Part shown: one piece after another, positions 55,803 to 64,000 of the stretch
How positions within the stretch are numbered: position 1 is the first letter of the stretch
How the letters are laid out: the number at the start of each line of letters is the position of its first letter
NCBI GenBank assembly: GCA_021736525.1
Contig: JAIPFR010000001.1
Coordinates: 891 to 64,890, forward strand
Reading direction: 5' to 3'
Source: Spirochaetia bacterium
Lineage (GTDB): Bacteria > Spirochaetota > Spirochaetia > JABMQR01
Length of the DNA stretch: 64,000 nucleotides
The notes under the pieces: generated by a model
Database searches by the model: none
Seen by the model: only the letters and a program-made list of their open reading frames with translations
What the model was told of the DNA's origin: nothing
Program-made: the position numbers and the translations under genes

Positions 55803-57863
55803 TCAGTTTTCCTGGTTTTCTTTTGACTGTTTTATTACGTCCTCAACCACTTTTCCCGTAGCAATTTCATAATGGTGAAACTCAAGTTCAAAAGAGCCTG
55901 TTCCAGAAGTCAGTGATTTCAAGTCTATGGCATATCGAAGCATTTCACTCTGAGGCACCTCTGCCTGCACCAGGGTAAGTCCGCCGCCGATATCTTCCTG
56001 CCCGAGAACCCGGCCTCTCTTGCCGCTCAAGTCAGAGAGTATATCACCAAGATAGTTATCTTCAATAAAAACGCTCAGCTTCATGATAGGTTCAAGAAGT
56101 ACAACATTTGCTTTGACAATTGCAGTCTTTAAAGCCCCTTTTGCAGCAAGCTTGAAAGCCATTTCAGAACTGTCGACCGGGTGCTCTTTACCGTCAACTA
56201 TCGACACCCCGATATCAACTAGCGGGTAACCGGCAAGGTAGCCTTCTTCCATTGCTTCCAGAAGGCCCTTCTCTATACCCGGCATGTATCCTTTAGAAAC
56301 TGATCCGCCCTTAATGACATTCTCAAAAGAAAAGAACTCCCCTCTCTCAAGAGGCTTGATTTCTATAATAACCCGACCGTACTGACCATGGCCTCCAGAC
56401 TGTTTTTTATGTGTATACTCTGCCCCAGATGGTTTTGTAATAGTTTCACGATATGCAATTCTGGGAGTCCTGGTATTGATTGAAATTTTCTGTTTTTCCA
56501 TAATTCGATTAAGAATCATGTTTATATGGAGTTCTCCCATACCGGAAACAACATTTTCTTTTGTCTCTTTATTAAAGCCCACCTGAAAAGTAAGGTCCTC
56601 TTCCATAACCCGGTGCAGCGCTTCATTCATCTTGTCTTCGGATTTTTTATCGGCTGCTGATATTGAAAGGGTGTGAATAGGATGCGGAAGAGCCAGGGAC
56701 TTGAATGTGTAGGACAACTCAGGGGATGACAAGGTATTGTTAGTGCCAAGATGAGCAGATTTTGCTATAATTCCAATATCGCCTGCGGCAAGCTCCCTTA
56801 CCTCTATCAGTTTTTTCCCGACCATGCGATACAGCTTACTTGGTTTTTCTTTTTTTCCGACTGCGGGATTATGAAGTTCGCAGTCAGTGTTCAGTCGGCC
56901 GGTTACAACTTTTATGAAGGAAAGTTTTCCGGAAAACTGGTCAATAGTTGTCTTGAAGGAAAAAAGTGAAACTCCGCCAACCGGGTTTACAGGGATTTCA
57001 ATTTCTTCGTCTTTTTTGAGGGCATGCTCAATCTTGACATCGGGAGAGGGTGCGGCTATGGCAAGGAAGTTCAGGAGAGAAACAATTCCTGTATCAGTTT
57101 CTGCACTGCCGCAAAGTACCGGAACAATTTTATTATCTTTCAGCCCGATAATAAGTCCCTGACGTATTTCATCAGGAGTCAAGGTTCCTTCTTCAAAATA
57201 TTTCTCCATCAGGCTGTCGTCACCTTCTGCAGCTGATTCAATGAGAGTCAGTCGGTATTCCTCTACAGTCTCCAGCATATCGGCTGGAATATCAGTTGAT
57301 CCGGTCTCACCTATCAAGTATGCGGAATTTTCAATCAGATTGATAATTCCTTTATAGGAACTTCCCGATCCTATCGGGATAGAAACTGGCACACAGGTTT
57401 TGCTGAACCGTTCACTGATGTCAGAAAATGCAGCGTGGAAATCTGCCCGGTCAATATCCATCTTGTTTATAAAAACAATTCGTGACATGTTCCTGTTATT
57501 CAGACGTCTCCAAAGCTTTATAGTTTCTATCTGGACGCCGGCACGGGCATCAATGACCATCAATGCAGATTCTGTTGCTCTGAAAGCTGAAACAACCTCT
57601 CCCACAAAGTCAGCAGTTCCGGGAGTGTCAATAAAATTCATCGTTTTATTGGCCCACTCGAGACTGGCTAATGAAGCATGAATTGATAAGCCCTTTTCTA
57701 TCTCTTCATCGGTGTAGTCACTTACGGTTTTTCCGGAATTAACAGATTCCGCCCGGGAAATCACACCACTGTTGGAAAGTATATGTTCCAACAGGGAGGT
57801 TTTCCCAGTGCCGTTGTGTCCTACAATTGCCACATTTCTGATATCAGCGCTGGTTAAACTCAT
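55803..57863 (-). CDS. fusA: Elongation factor G paralogue, EF-G II-like (divergent G domain)
   Basis: GHNGTGKT, EKGLSI, DTPGT, NKMD; intact GMGELH, HKKQSGGHGQYG, HPVDSSEMAF, LLEPIM; SD GGAGG. Confidence 0.9.
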   Translation of the reverse strand: MSLTSADIRNVAIVGHNGTGKTSLLEHILSNSGVISRAESVNSGKTVSDYTDEEIEKGLSIHASLASLEWANKTMNFIDTPGTADFVGEVVSAFRATESALMVIDARAGVQIETIKLWRRLNNRNMSRIVFINKMDIDRADFHAAFSDISERFSKTCVPVSIPIGSGSSYKGIINLIENSAYLIGETGSTDIPADMLETVEEYRLTLIESAAEGDDSLMEKYFEEGTLTPDEIRQGLIIGLKDNKIVPVLCGSAETDTGIVSLLNFLAIAAPSPDVKIEHALKKDEEIEIPVNPVGGVSLFSFKTTIDQFSGKLSFIKVVTGRLNTDCELHNPAVGKKEKPSKLYRMVGKKLIEVRELAAGDIGIIAKSAHLGTNNTLSSPELSYTFKSLALPHPIHTLSISAADKKSEDKMNEALHRVMEEDLTFQVGFNKETKENVVSGMGELHINMILNRIMEKQKISINTRTPRIAYRETITKPSGAEYTHKKQSGGHGQYGRVIIEIKPLERGEFFSFENVIKGGSVSKGYMPGIEKGLLEAMEEGYLAGYPLVDIGVSIVDGKEHPVDSSEMAFKLAAKGALKTAIVKANVVLLEPIMKLSVFIEDNYLGDILSDLSGKRGRVLGQEDIGGGLTLVQAEVPQSEMLRYAIDLKSLTSGTGSFELEFHHYEIATGKVVEDVIKQSKENQEN

Positions 57864-57989
57864 AGGTCCTCCGTGTACTTTATGGGATTATGTTTAATAG
57901 GAATGACTATTATGCATATCCCAATTTCCTAGTTATTTATTTTCTGCATCTTAACAGTCAGGAAAGAGACGGCGCAAATGCATTAAAAC

Positions 57990-58018
57990 ACTGTAAAACG
58001 GGTTGAGGGATCTGTCAA
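57990..58018 (-). promoter_or_regulatory. sigma70 promoter of the EF-G II gene
   Basis: Minus strand TTGACA-17 nt-TACAGT. Confidence 0.65.
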
Positions 58019-58099
58019 CAATATAATCCATATCAGAGATTATCAGCAAATAATAAAGGGGAGACATCAGATAACGGTATAAATGGATATATTTTACAG

Positions 58100-60136
58100 C
58101 TACAGAGAACCCTCCTTCCGGGAAAAATGCGAAAACTCCATGGCAAAAGTACCCCGCCCCTGAGTCATACTGCGCAAAGCTGTCGTATACCCGAACATAT
58201 TAACCAAAGGAATTTTTGCGGTTATATGATCAAGTACTGCTTTACTTTCCATGCTTTCTACAACTCCGCCTTTCATCGACAGATGACTCATCACTTCGCC
58301 GATATTTGGTTTGGGACACATAATATCGACTTTCATTATTGGTTCCAGGAGTATGGGGTCAGCTTTTCTGCAGGCATTATCGAAGCCGATAGCAGCTGCC
58401 GCCTCATAGGCAAAAGTTGTTGCAGTCAGCTCGCTGTAATCGGCCTCGACAAGCTCCACTTTAATGTCATATGCAGGATATCCATAGCGAATACCTGTCT
58501 GGAATGCGTTGTGAACTCCTCTTTCAACGGCTTCCTGAAATTCGACAGGCAGTAATTTATGAGAAACGTGCGAGATATAGATGTTTCCGCTGCCAGTCGG
58601 GAGAGGAGAAACTCTCAAGGTAATCTCTGCCCGATTTTCTTTGCCTGCGAGAAGCTTTGAAAATTTTTCAGTTAATACCACTTCCCGGCTTATTGACTCA
58701 CGATAGGTTACCTGCGGATTTCCTATCCGGGCTTCTACTTTCATCTCCTTTGTAATGCGGGTTACCAGCACATCAATATGCAGCTCTCCCATACCGGATA
58801 TTATCAGCTGCCCGGTGTCGGGATTTTCCTTGTAAATAAAAGTAGGGTCCTCACGGGTGAGAATTTCCAGGGCTTTTTTCAGTTTGTCCTGGTCTGAGAT
58901 AGTTTTAGGCTCAATAGCAACTGATATAACCGGTTCAGGAAAAACCATACTCTCGAGAAGCACCTGATATCCTTCCGAACCGATAGTGTCTCCTGTCTGT
59001 GCATATTTCATCCCCACAGCAACACCTATATCGCCGGATTCCAGAAAGTCGACAATTTCCGGTTTATTGGCATGCATGCGGAACAACCTGTTTATCCGCT
59101 CCCTTTTTCTTTTGGAAATGTTAAAAACAGCAGTACCCTTCTTTATTACCCCGGAATAAACACGGAAAAAGCAAAGCGGACCAGATTCCCTGTCGTTCTG
59201 AATCTTAAAAACAAGGGCCAGGGGAGGGCCGGCAGCATTATGGGTAATCTTCACCGGTTCTTCGCTTTTTACTGAAATTCCGGTAATTGCCGGGATCTCC
59301 TCAGGTGAAGGCAGATAGTCGATTATGCCGTCGAGCAGACATTGTACTCCGACATTTTTCAAGGAGGCTCCGACAAAAACCGGAATGCACTGCTGATTAA
59401 TAGTTGCTTTTCTGATGGTCTTCTTAATCAGAGCCAACGGTATTTCTTCTCCATTCAAGTAATGTTCCATTATTTCATCAGAAAAGTTAGAAAGGAGATC
59501 AAGGGCATGAGTATGCCATTCCCGGGTTTTTTCCTTCATTCTGTCAGGAATCGGAAGGAAGTTCATTTCGCTGCCGAAGTTTGTTGCTTCAAATTCAATT
59601 TTATGCATCGATAGAATATCAATTATCCCGGAAAATTCCGATTCAGCCCCATCAGGGATGAAAAGAGGAAGCGGTTTTGCGCCCAACTTCTTTTCCATCT
59701 CCTCGATTACGCTATAGAAGTCGGCACCCAGCCTGTCCATTTTATTGATGAAGGCGATGCGCGGGATGTGATAGGTATCGGCCTGGTGCCAGACTGTTTC
59801 AGACTGCGGTTCAACACCACCTACGGCACAGAAAACGGCAACTGCACCGTCAAGAACCCTGAGTGAGCGTTCTACTTCAGCGGTGAAGTCGACATGCCCG
59901 GGGGTGTCGATAATGTTTATTTGCACATCTTTCCAGAAACAGGTTGTTGCTGCAGAAGTTATGGTAATTCCGCGGTTCTGTTCCTGTTCCATCCAGTCCA
60001 TGGTGGCTTCTCCGTTATCCACCTCGCCGATTCGATGGCTTTTACCGGAGTAAAAGAGTATTCGTTCAGTAGTAGTTGTTTTTCCGGCATCTATGTGTGC
60101 CATAATTCCGATATTTCTTGTATGATGCTTTGGCAT
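58100..60136 (-). CDS. fusA: Elongation factor G paralogue, probably the recycling-type (spirochaete EF-G2-like) form
   Basis: Canonical [32 protein letters not shown]; domain IV loops degenerate. Confidence 0.92.
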   Translation of the reverse strand: MPKHHTRNIGIMAHIDAGKTTTTERILFYSGKSHRIGEVDNGEATMDWMEQEQNRGITITSAATTCFWKDVQINIIDTPGHVDFTAEVERSLRVLDGAVAVFCAVGGVEPQSETVWHQADTYHIPRIAFINKMDRLGADFYSVIEEMEKKLGAKPLPLFIPDGAESEFSGIIDILSMHKIEFEATNFGSEMNFLPIPDRMKEKTREWHTHALDLLSNFSDEIMEHYLNGEEIPLALIKKTIRKATINQQCIPVFVGASLKNVGVQCLLDGIIDYLPSPEEIPAITGISVKSEEPVKITHNAAGPPLALVFKIQNDRESGPLCFFRVYSGVIKKGTAVFNISKRKRERINRLFRMHANKPEIVDFLESGDIGVAVGMKYAQTGDTIGSEGYQVLLESMVFPEPVISVAIEPKTISDQDKLKKALEILTREDPTFIYKENPDTGQLIISGMGELHIDVLVTRITKEMKVEARIGNPQVTYRESISREVVLTEKFSKLLAGKENRAEITLRVSPLPTGSGNIYISHVSHKLLPVEFQEAVERGVHNAFQTGIRYGYPAYDIKVELVEADYSELTATTFAYEAAAAIGFDNACRKADPILLEPIMKVDIMCPKPNIGEVMSHLSMKGGVVESMESKAVLDHITAKIPLVNMFGYTTALRSMTQGRGTFAMEFSHFSRKEGSL

Positions 60137-60254
60137 ATACCATCCTTTTGTCTCTTTGAGATCTGCTTCCATCAGAATGCTGTTACGCAGATACATTCGG
60201 CGCTGATAATAACATAATTCAATACCTTTTTAAAGTGAGATTTGCAGGAAGTTA

Positions 60255-60284
60255 TTGACAAAAAGATAAGCATTGTGCTATGTT
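60255..60284 (+). promoter_or_regulatory. sigma70 promoter of tRNA-Val
   Basis: TTGACA-18 nt-TATGTT with extended TG. Confidence 0.6.
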
Positions 60285-60356
60285 CTCACTCGTTGATCGG
60301 CAGATGCTTCCTGATTTTATCTTTGTGGATAATTGCTGTATCATTCTGAAAAACAC

Positions 60357-60429
<73 letters not shown>

Positions 60430-60444
60430 AATCTATTTTAAAGG

Positions 60445-60477
60445 AAAAAACCGGAACATTTGCTTCCGGTTTTTTTT
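60445..60477 (+). terminator. Intrinsic terminator after tRNA-Val
   Basis: aaaaaaCCGGAA-catttgc-TTCCGG-T8. Confidence 0.85.
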
Positions 60478-60497
60478 ATGCCGGGTTTGCAGCAGCT

Positions 60498-60527
60498 TTG
60501 CAGTTATCCAACATTCTATGGTATAAT
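60498..60527 (+). promoter_or_regulatory. Putative promoter of the yggS operon
   Basis: TTGCAG-18 nt-TATAAT with extended TG; SD GAGGAG follows. Confidence 0.6.
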
Positions 60528-60543
60528 TTTCGAGGAGACTAAC

Positions 60544-61236
60544 ATGAGTATTCAAGATAACATTATCAGAATCCGACATGAAATAGAGCTTATTTCGCGG
60601 GCTTCAAAAAGAATCCCCTCGGAAGTTACACTCATGGCGGTAACAAAAAAGCAGAGCATCGAAGCCGTAGCTGAAGCATTGGCAGCCGGTATATCCTGTT
60701 TTGGAGAGAACAGGATTCAGGAAGCTGCCGAGAAGTATGCCGGCCATCCAGCACGTACCATGCTTCATATAGTCGGTCATGTTCAAAGTAACAAAGCTGC
60801 CAAAGCTGTTGAACTTGCTGACTGGATTGATTCGGTTGATTCCTTGAAACTGCTGAAAAAGATTGACGGAGCTGCCGGTAAACTGGGAAAGACCGTACAG
60901 GTATTATTCGAATACAATATTTCAGGAGAATCATCAAAATCCGGCTTTGAAAATGAGGCTGATCTCTTCGAAACGTTGGAGTTTGCTGGAAAGTGCAAAA
61001 ATATCAGCCCTCGCGGCTTGATGACCATCGGGCCTCTTTCCGACAATCCCGAAAATATAAGAAACTCGTTTATCCGAATGCGCAGCATTTTTGAAAAGGC
61101 AGTTCAGCGCTATCCTCAATATCAGTTAGATCAACTCTCAATGGGAATGAGCAACGACTGGAAGATAGCTGTTGAGGAAGGTTCAACTTTGATTCGGGTA
61201 GGAACAGCTATTTTCGGGGCAAGGACGCAAGAATGA
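60544..61236 (+). CDS. yggS: Pyridoxal phosphate homeostasis protein (YggS/PLPBP)
   Basis: MAVTK, FGENRIQE, H.VGH.QSNK, SGE.SKSG, GLMTIG, LSMGMSND..A.EEGST.IRVGT.IFG.R. Confidence 0.96.
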   Translation: MSIQDNIIRIRHEIELISRASKRIPSEVTLMAVTKKQSIEAVAEALAAGISCFGENRIQEAAEKYAGHPARTMLHIVGHVQSNKAAKAVELADWIDSVDSLKLLKKIDGAAGKLGKTVQVLFEYNISGESSKSGFENEADLFETLEFAGKCKNISPRGLMTIGPLSDNPENIRNSFIRMRSIFEKAVQRYPQYQLDQLSMGMSNDWKIAVEEGSTLIRVGTAIFGARTQE

Positions 61237-61604
61237 AGTGTAAAATGCTGGTGACGATGATGATCCTCGCTGTCCTGAGCTTTCCCGTGGTCACAGAAAG
61301 AGGAAACGGCGGCTCTTTATTTGCGGAAGTATCGGGGGGGCAGGTAAACCTTTCCTATTCTCCTTATCAAGCCGAAGAGTTTTCTCCCTGGATGCACGAT
61401 TTACGAAGGGCAGAATCATTGTTTTTCGGATCGCTTCCCCTGACATACGGAATAGTCTCTCTCTCATTTTCCCTTTTTTCTGAATCCGACAGTTTGATGA
61501 CTACGCAGGATTACATCAACAGAGTAGGTGCGGCAGCCCTGTTGTCAGCAGCTATTGCTGTGACTGACTATATTATTGGAATAATTGAGAATGAATCAAA
61601 ATAA
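61233..61604 (+). CDS. Hypothetical exported/membrane protein
   Basis: Overlaps the yggS stop (ATGA); signal-like N-terminus, PY..EEF..W..DLRR.E..FFGSLP, two hydrophobic segments. Confidence 0.65.
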   Translation: MKCKMLVTMMILAVLSFPVVTERGNGGSLFAEVSGGQVNLSYSPYQAEEFSPWMHDLRRAESLFFGSLPLTYGIVSLSFSLFSESDSLMTTQDYINRVGAAALLSAAIAVTDYIIGIIENESK

Positions 61605-62616
61605 GCCCTTGAATCAGCCGGTAAAAAAGGAATCTTTCACCGTTGAACTGGGAGATCCATCTTACAGCCCAACAGGAACTCGAATTGATGCCTATATAGC
61701 AGCGGTGCTGCCTGGATTTACCCGGAGTATGATTGATTCGGGCAATTCGGAGATCGTAGTTAACGGAAAAAAAGTTAAGAAAAGCCGTTTGGTAAAAAAT
61801 GGGGATATCGTGGAATTCCAATACACCATGCCGCCGTCTGAACACCTGGTGCCTCAGGATATTCCTCTTCAAATCGTCTATGAAGATTCAAAAGTAGTGG
61901 TGGTCAACAAAAAACAGGGAATGGTTGTCCATCCGGCTGCCGGGAATCACGATGGAACTCTTGCTAACGCTCTTCTGCATCACACTCTAGGGCACACACA
62001 AAGAACTGATGAGTCCGGTGAGTCCTATCGACCGGGAATTGTTCACCGGCTGGATAAAGATACTTCCGGCATAATGATTACTGCAAAAGATACGCAGACC
62101 CATGAATTTCTTTCCAGCCAGTTCAAGAATAGGAAAACAAAAAAAATCTACATAGCCTTGATTAAAGGAATCCCTGCACAGCGAACAGGAACCGTATCAG
62201 CAAGAATCGTCCGGGACCCCCGCCATAGAAAAAAATTTACCGTAACGGAAGATCCTTCAAAAGGGAGAGATGCTGTTACCGATTATCTGGTACTGCGCGC
62301 CTTTTATCCCGGTGACGGTACGGTTTATTCTCTTGTCAGACTTTCACCGCGTACTGGACGCACCCATCAGCTTAGAGTTCACATGAAAAGCATAGGATGT
62401 CCAGTATTGGGGGATCCGCTCTACAGCAGAAAAGATGCAATGTTTCCTGCGGCAAGTCTCATGCTGCACGCACTGTCTCTTACCATTTCCCTGCCGGACA
62501 GCAGTCAGGAGAAAAAGTTTTATGCACCTATGCCGGGTCGGTTCAAGAAAATTCTGGATTGTTTCCTGTCAAAACGTGTTTTGATCCGTGGCGATGAGGC
62601 ATCAGATCGGTATTGA
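61591..62616 (+). CDS. rluD: RluA/RluD-family RNA pseudouridine synthase
   Basis: S4 domain RID.Y, NK..GMVVHP, catalytic HRLDKDTSG, TGRTHQLRVH, GD.LY, LHA. Confidence 0.93.
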   Translation: MNQNKPLNQPVKKESFTVELGDPSYSPTGTRIDAYIAAVLPGFTRSMIDSGNSEIVVNGKKVKKSRLVKNGDIVEFQYTMPPSEHLVPQDIPLQIVYEDSKVVVVNKKQGMVVHPAAGNHDGTLANALLHHTLGHTQRTDESGESYRPGIVHRLDKDTSGIMITAKDTQTHEFLSSQFKNRKTKKIYIALIKGIPAQRTGTVSARIVRDPRHRKKFTVTEDPSKGRDAVTDYLVLRAFYPGDGTVYSLVRLSPRTGRTHQLRVHMKSIGCPVLGDPLYSRKDAMFPAASLMLHALSLTISLPDSSQEKKFYAPMPGRFKKILDCFLSKRVLIRGDEASDRY

Positions 62617-63157
62617 TAATTTTCTCTATTCCCAAAGTCGTGGGAGTTCCATGTCCCGGAAAAATTATCGTGTTTTCGTCAAAAGGAAGAATTTTCTCGC
62701 GAATTGAGCGAAGCAGAAGAGAGCGTGAAAGAGACGTAGAGGTAGAACCGATTCGACCTGCCATGAGAACATCACCGGTAAAGAGCGCGTCACTGATTTT
62801 ATAGACCATTGAGTCTGAGGAGTGACCGGGAATTAAAAATGCGGAGATATCAAACCCCGCTAAATTCATATGAGAATCATCAGATACAATACGAACCGGA
62901 AAATCATGTATATGAGGACTGTTCGCAAAAATTTCTACATCATAAATCTTTGAAAGAGTTTTGAGTCCCTTGGTGTGAGAAGCATGCCGATGGGTCAGAA
63001 GTACATATTTTATATAATAATTATTGTCTTCAATTAACTTCAGCAATTCCAGATCCATATGTCCCGGATCAACAAGTATCGCCGCTCCTCCGTCGTTATT
63101 GCCGATGAGGTAGGTATTGGAAAAACCGATAACTGAAAAATGGAAAAACAACTTCAT
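62543..63157 (-). CDS. MBL-fold metallo-hydrolase (glyoxalase II-like)
   Basis: NTY, VDPG, LTHRHASH (variant of HxHxDH), PGHS, FTGD, PGHG. Confidence 0.85.
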   Translation of the reverse strand: MKLFFHFSVIGFSNTYLIGNNDGGAAILVDPGHMDLELLKLIEDNNYYIKYVLLTHRHASHTKGLKTLSKIYDVEIFANSPHIHDFPVRIVSDDSHMNLAGFDISAFLIPGHSSDSMVYKISDALFTGDVLMAGRIGSTSTSLSRSLLLRSIREKILPFDENTIIFPGHGTPTTLGIEKIINTDLMPHRHGSKHVLTGNNPEFS

Positions 63158-63158
63158 T

Positions 63159-63749
63159 TCAATTCTCCCTGAAAAATAGTGCTTCTTCAAAGTTAGAGTA
63201 CTTGAAACTGACTTCCTGTCGTTCGGAGAGGTAAAAATCAGCTTTTTTCAAGTTACAGTCTTTAAAAGAAACATGAGAGAGTTTTGAGGATGAAAAATTT
63301 GTATAGTAGAGGTCGGAATCGTCAAAAACCGTATGGGAAGCAGTTATGCCGCTGAAATTGGAGTGCAGAATATCGGACCCTGTAAAAGAACACTCTCTGA
63401 ACTCAGAACCGGCAAAAACTGAATATTTGCTGGTAACTTCATGAAATGTGCAGTTGATAAACGTCGAAAACTCAAAAAAGCACAACTGAATATAGGAATC
63501 ACTGAAATCTATATCCTGGAAAGTTCCGTGAGAAAATTTACATGCATAGAGACTGCTTTTAGACAGGTCGAGATTTGAGAACTCCCCATGCGTGAGGCAG
63601 TAGGATCCTACAATCCCTTTTTCCAAAAGCTTTGCTGCCGCTTCTTGCTGAAGGGATTCCGGGTTTTCAGCATGCTGAAAACAGGTAGTATATTTTGTAA
63701 CTGCAAACTCATTGCATCCAGGATGGCTGCATCGTATAAAATCAAACAT
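63159..63749 (-). CDS. Pentapeptide repeat protein with N-terminal Cys/His cluster
   Basis: Periodic (F/L)xxxx repeats (FSNLDLSKSSLYACKFSHGTFQDIDFSDS...); N-terminal C-x4-C-x10-C-x2-H. Confidence 0.85.
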   Translation of the reverse strand: MFDFIRCSHPGCNEFAVTKYTTCFQHAENPESLQQEAAAKLLEKGIVGSYCLTHGEFSNLDLSKSSLYACKFSHGTFQDIDFSDSYIQLCFFEFSTFINCTFHEVTSKYSVFAGSEFRECSFTGSDILHSNFSGITASHTVFDDSDLYYTNFSSSKLSHVSFKDCNLKKADFYLSERQEVSFKYSNFEEALFFREN

Positions 63750-63814
63750 ACTTAGAAAGGTAATCAAAAAGTTATAGTTGTCAATACCCCTGATTGCATG
63801 TACATTACTCAGGT

Positions 63815-64000
63815 ATGAATGATCTTATCGGGATAATTGAAAAAGGTATTAACAACATATATACAGTTCACTCTGAAGGGGGAAACTATCTGTGTCGAAT
63901 CAAGGGAAAAAAGCTTCCCGGCTCTGAAGCAGTCTACAATCCTTTGGCTCCCGGAGATCGGGTAATATTTACCCCGGCAGCACACAGTACGGGGATGATC
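63815..64000 (+). CDS. rsgA: Ribosome small subunit-dependent GTPase A, N-terminal part (runs off the window)
   Basis: Hand translation MNDLIGIIEKGINNIYTV...YLCRIKGK...YNPLAPGDRV matches the RsgA OB-fold start. Confidence 0.8.
   Translation, partial: MNDLIGIIEKGINNIYTVHSEGGNYLCRIKGKKLPGSEAVYNPLAPGDRVIFTPAAHSTGMI

Overview
A gene-dense, almost entirely housekeeping 64 kb segment of a bacterial chromosome, most likely from a spirochaete. This is inferred from gene order (rpsF-ssb-rpsR-membrane protein-rplI-dnaB; maf-rpsB-tsf-frr-uppS-cdsA-dxr-rseP with no pyrH; metG-femX/murD; hflKC-murE-ddl), a eukaryote/archaeal-type MetRS, an AroD-AroE fusion and two specialised EF-G paralogues. About 60 CDSs, one tRNA-Val(TAC), several sigma70-type promoters and intrinsic terminators can be read directly. 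I found no CRISPR array, transposase, integrase or prophage. Most notable observations beyond the ORF track: (1) an unannotated 29-aa ribosomal protein bS22-type gene with its own promoter, SD and terminator; (2) an S6:S18-type RNA leader before rpsF; (3) tandem EF-G paralogues with reciprocal loss of GTPase versus domain IV motifs, with a candidate leaderless leader peptide between them; (4) an XPB helicase next to a partner carrying a second XPB-N/p52-like domain and a WYL-like tail; (5) several genes whose start codon lies 5-8 nt from a -10 box (candidate leaderless mRNAs); (6) an 11-bp perfect palindrome over the aroDE promoter. All family assignments come from motif recognition by eye; no database searches were run.
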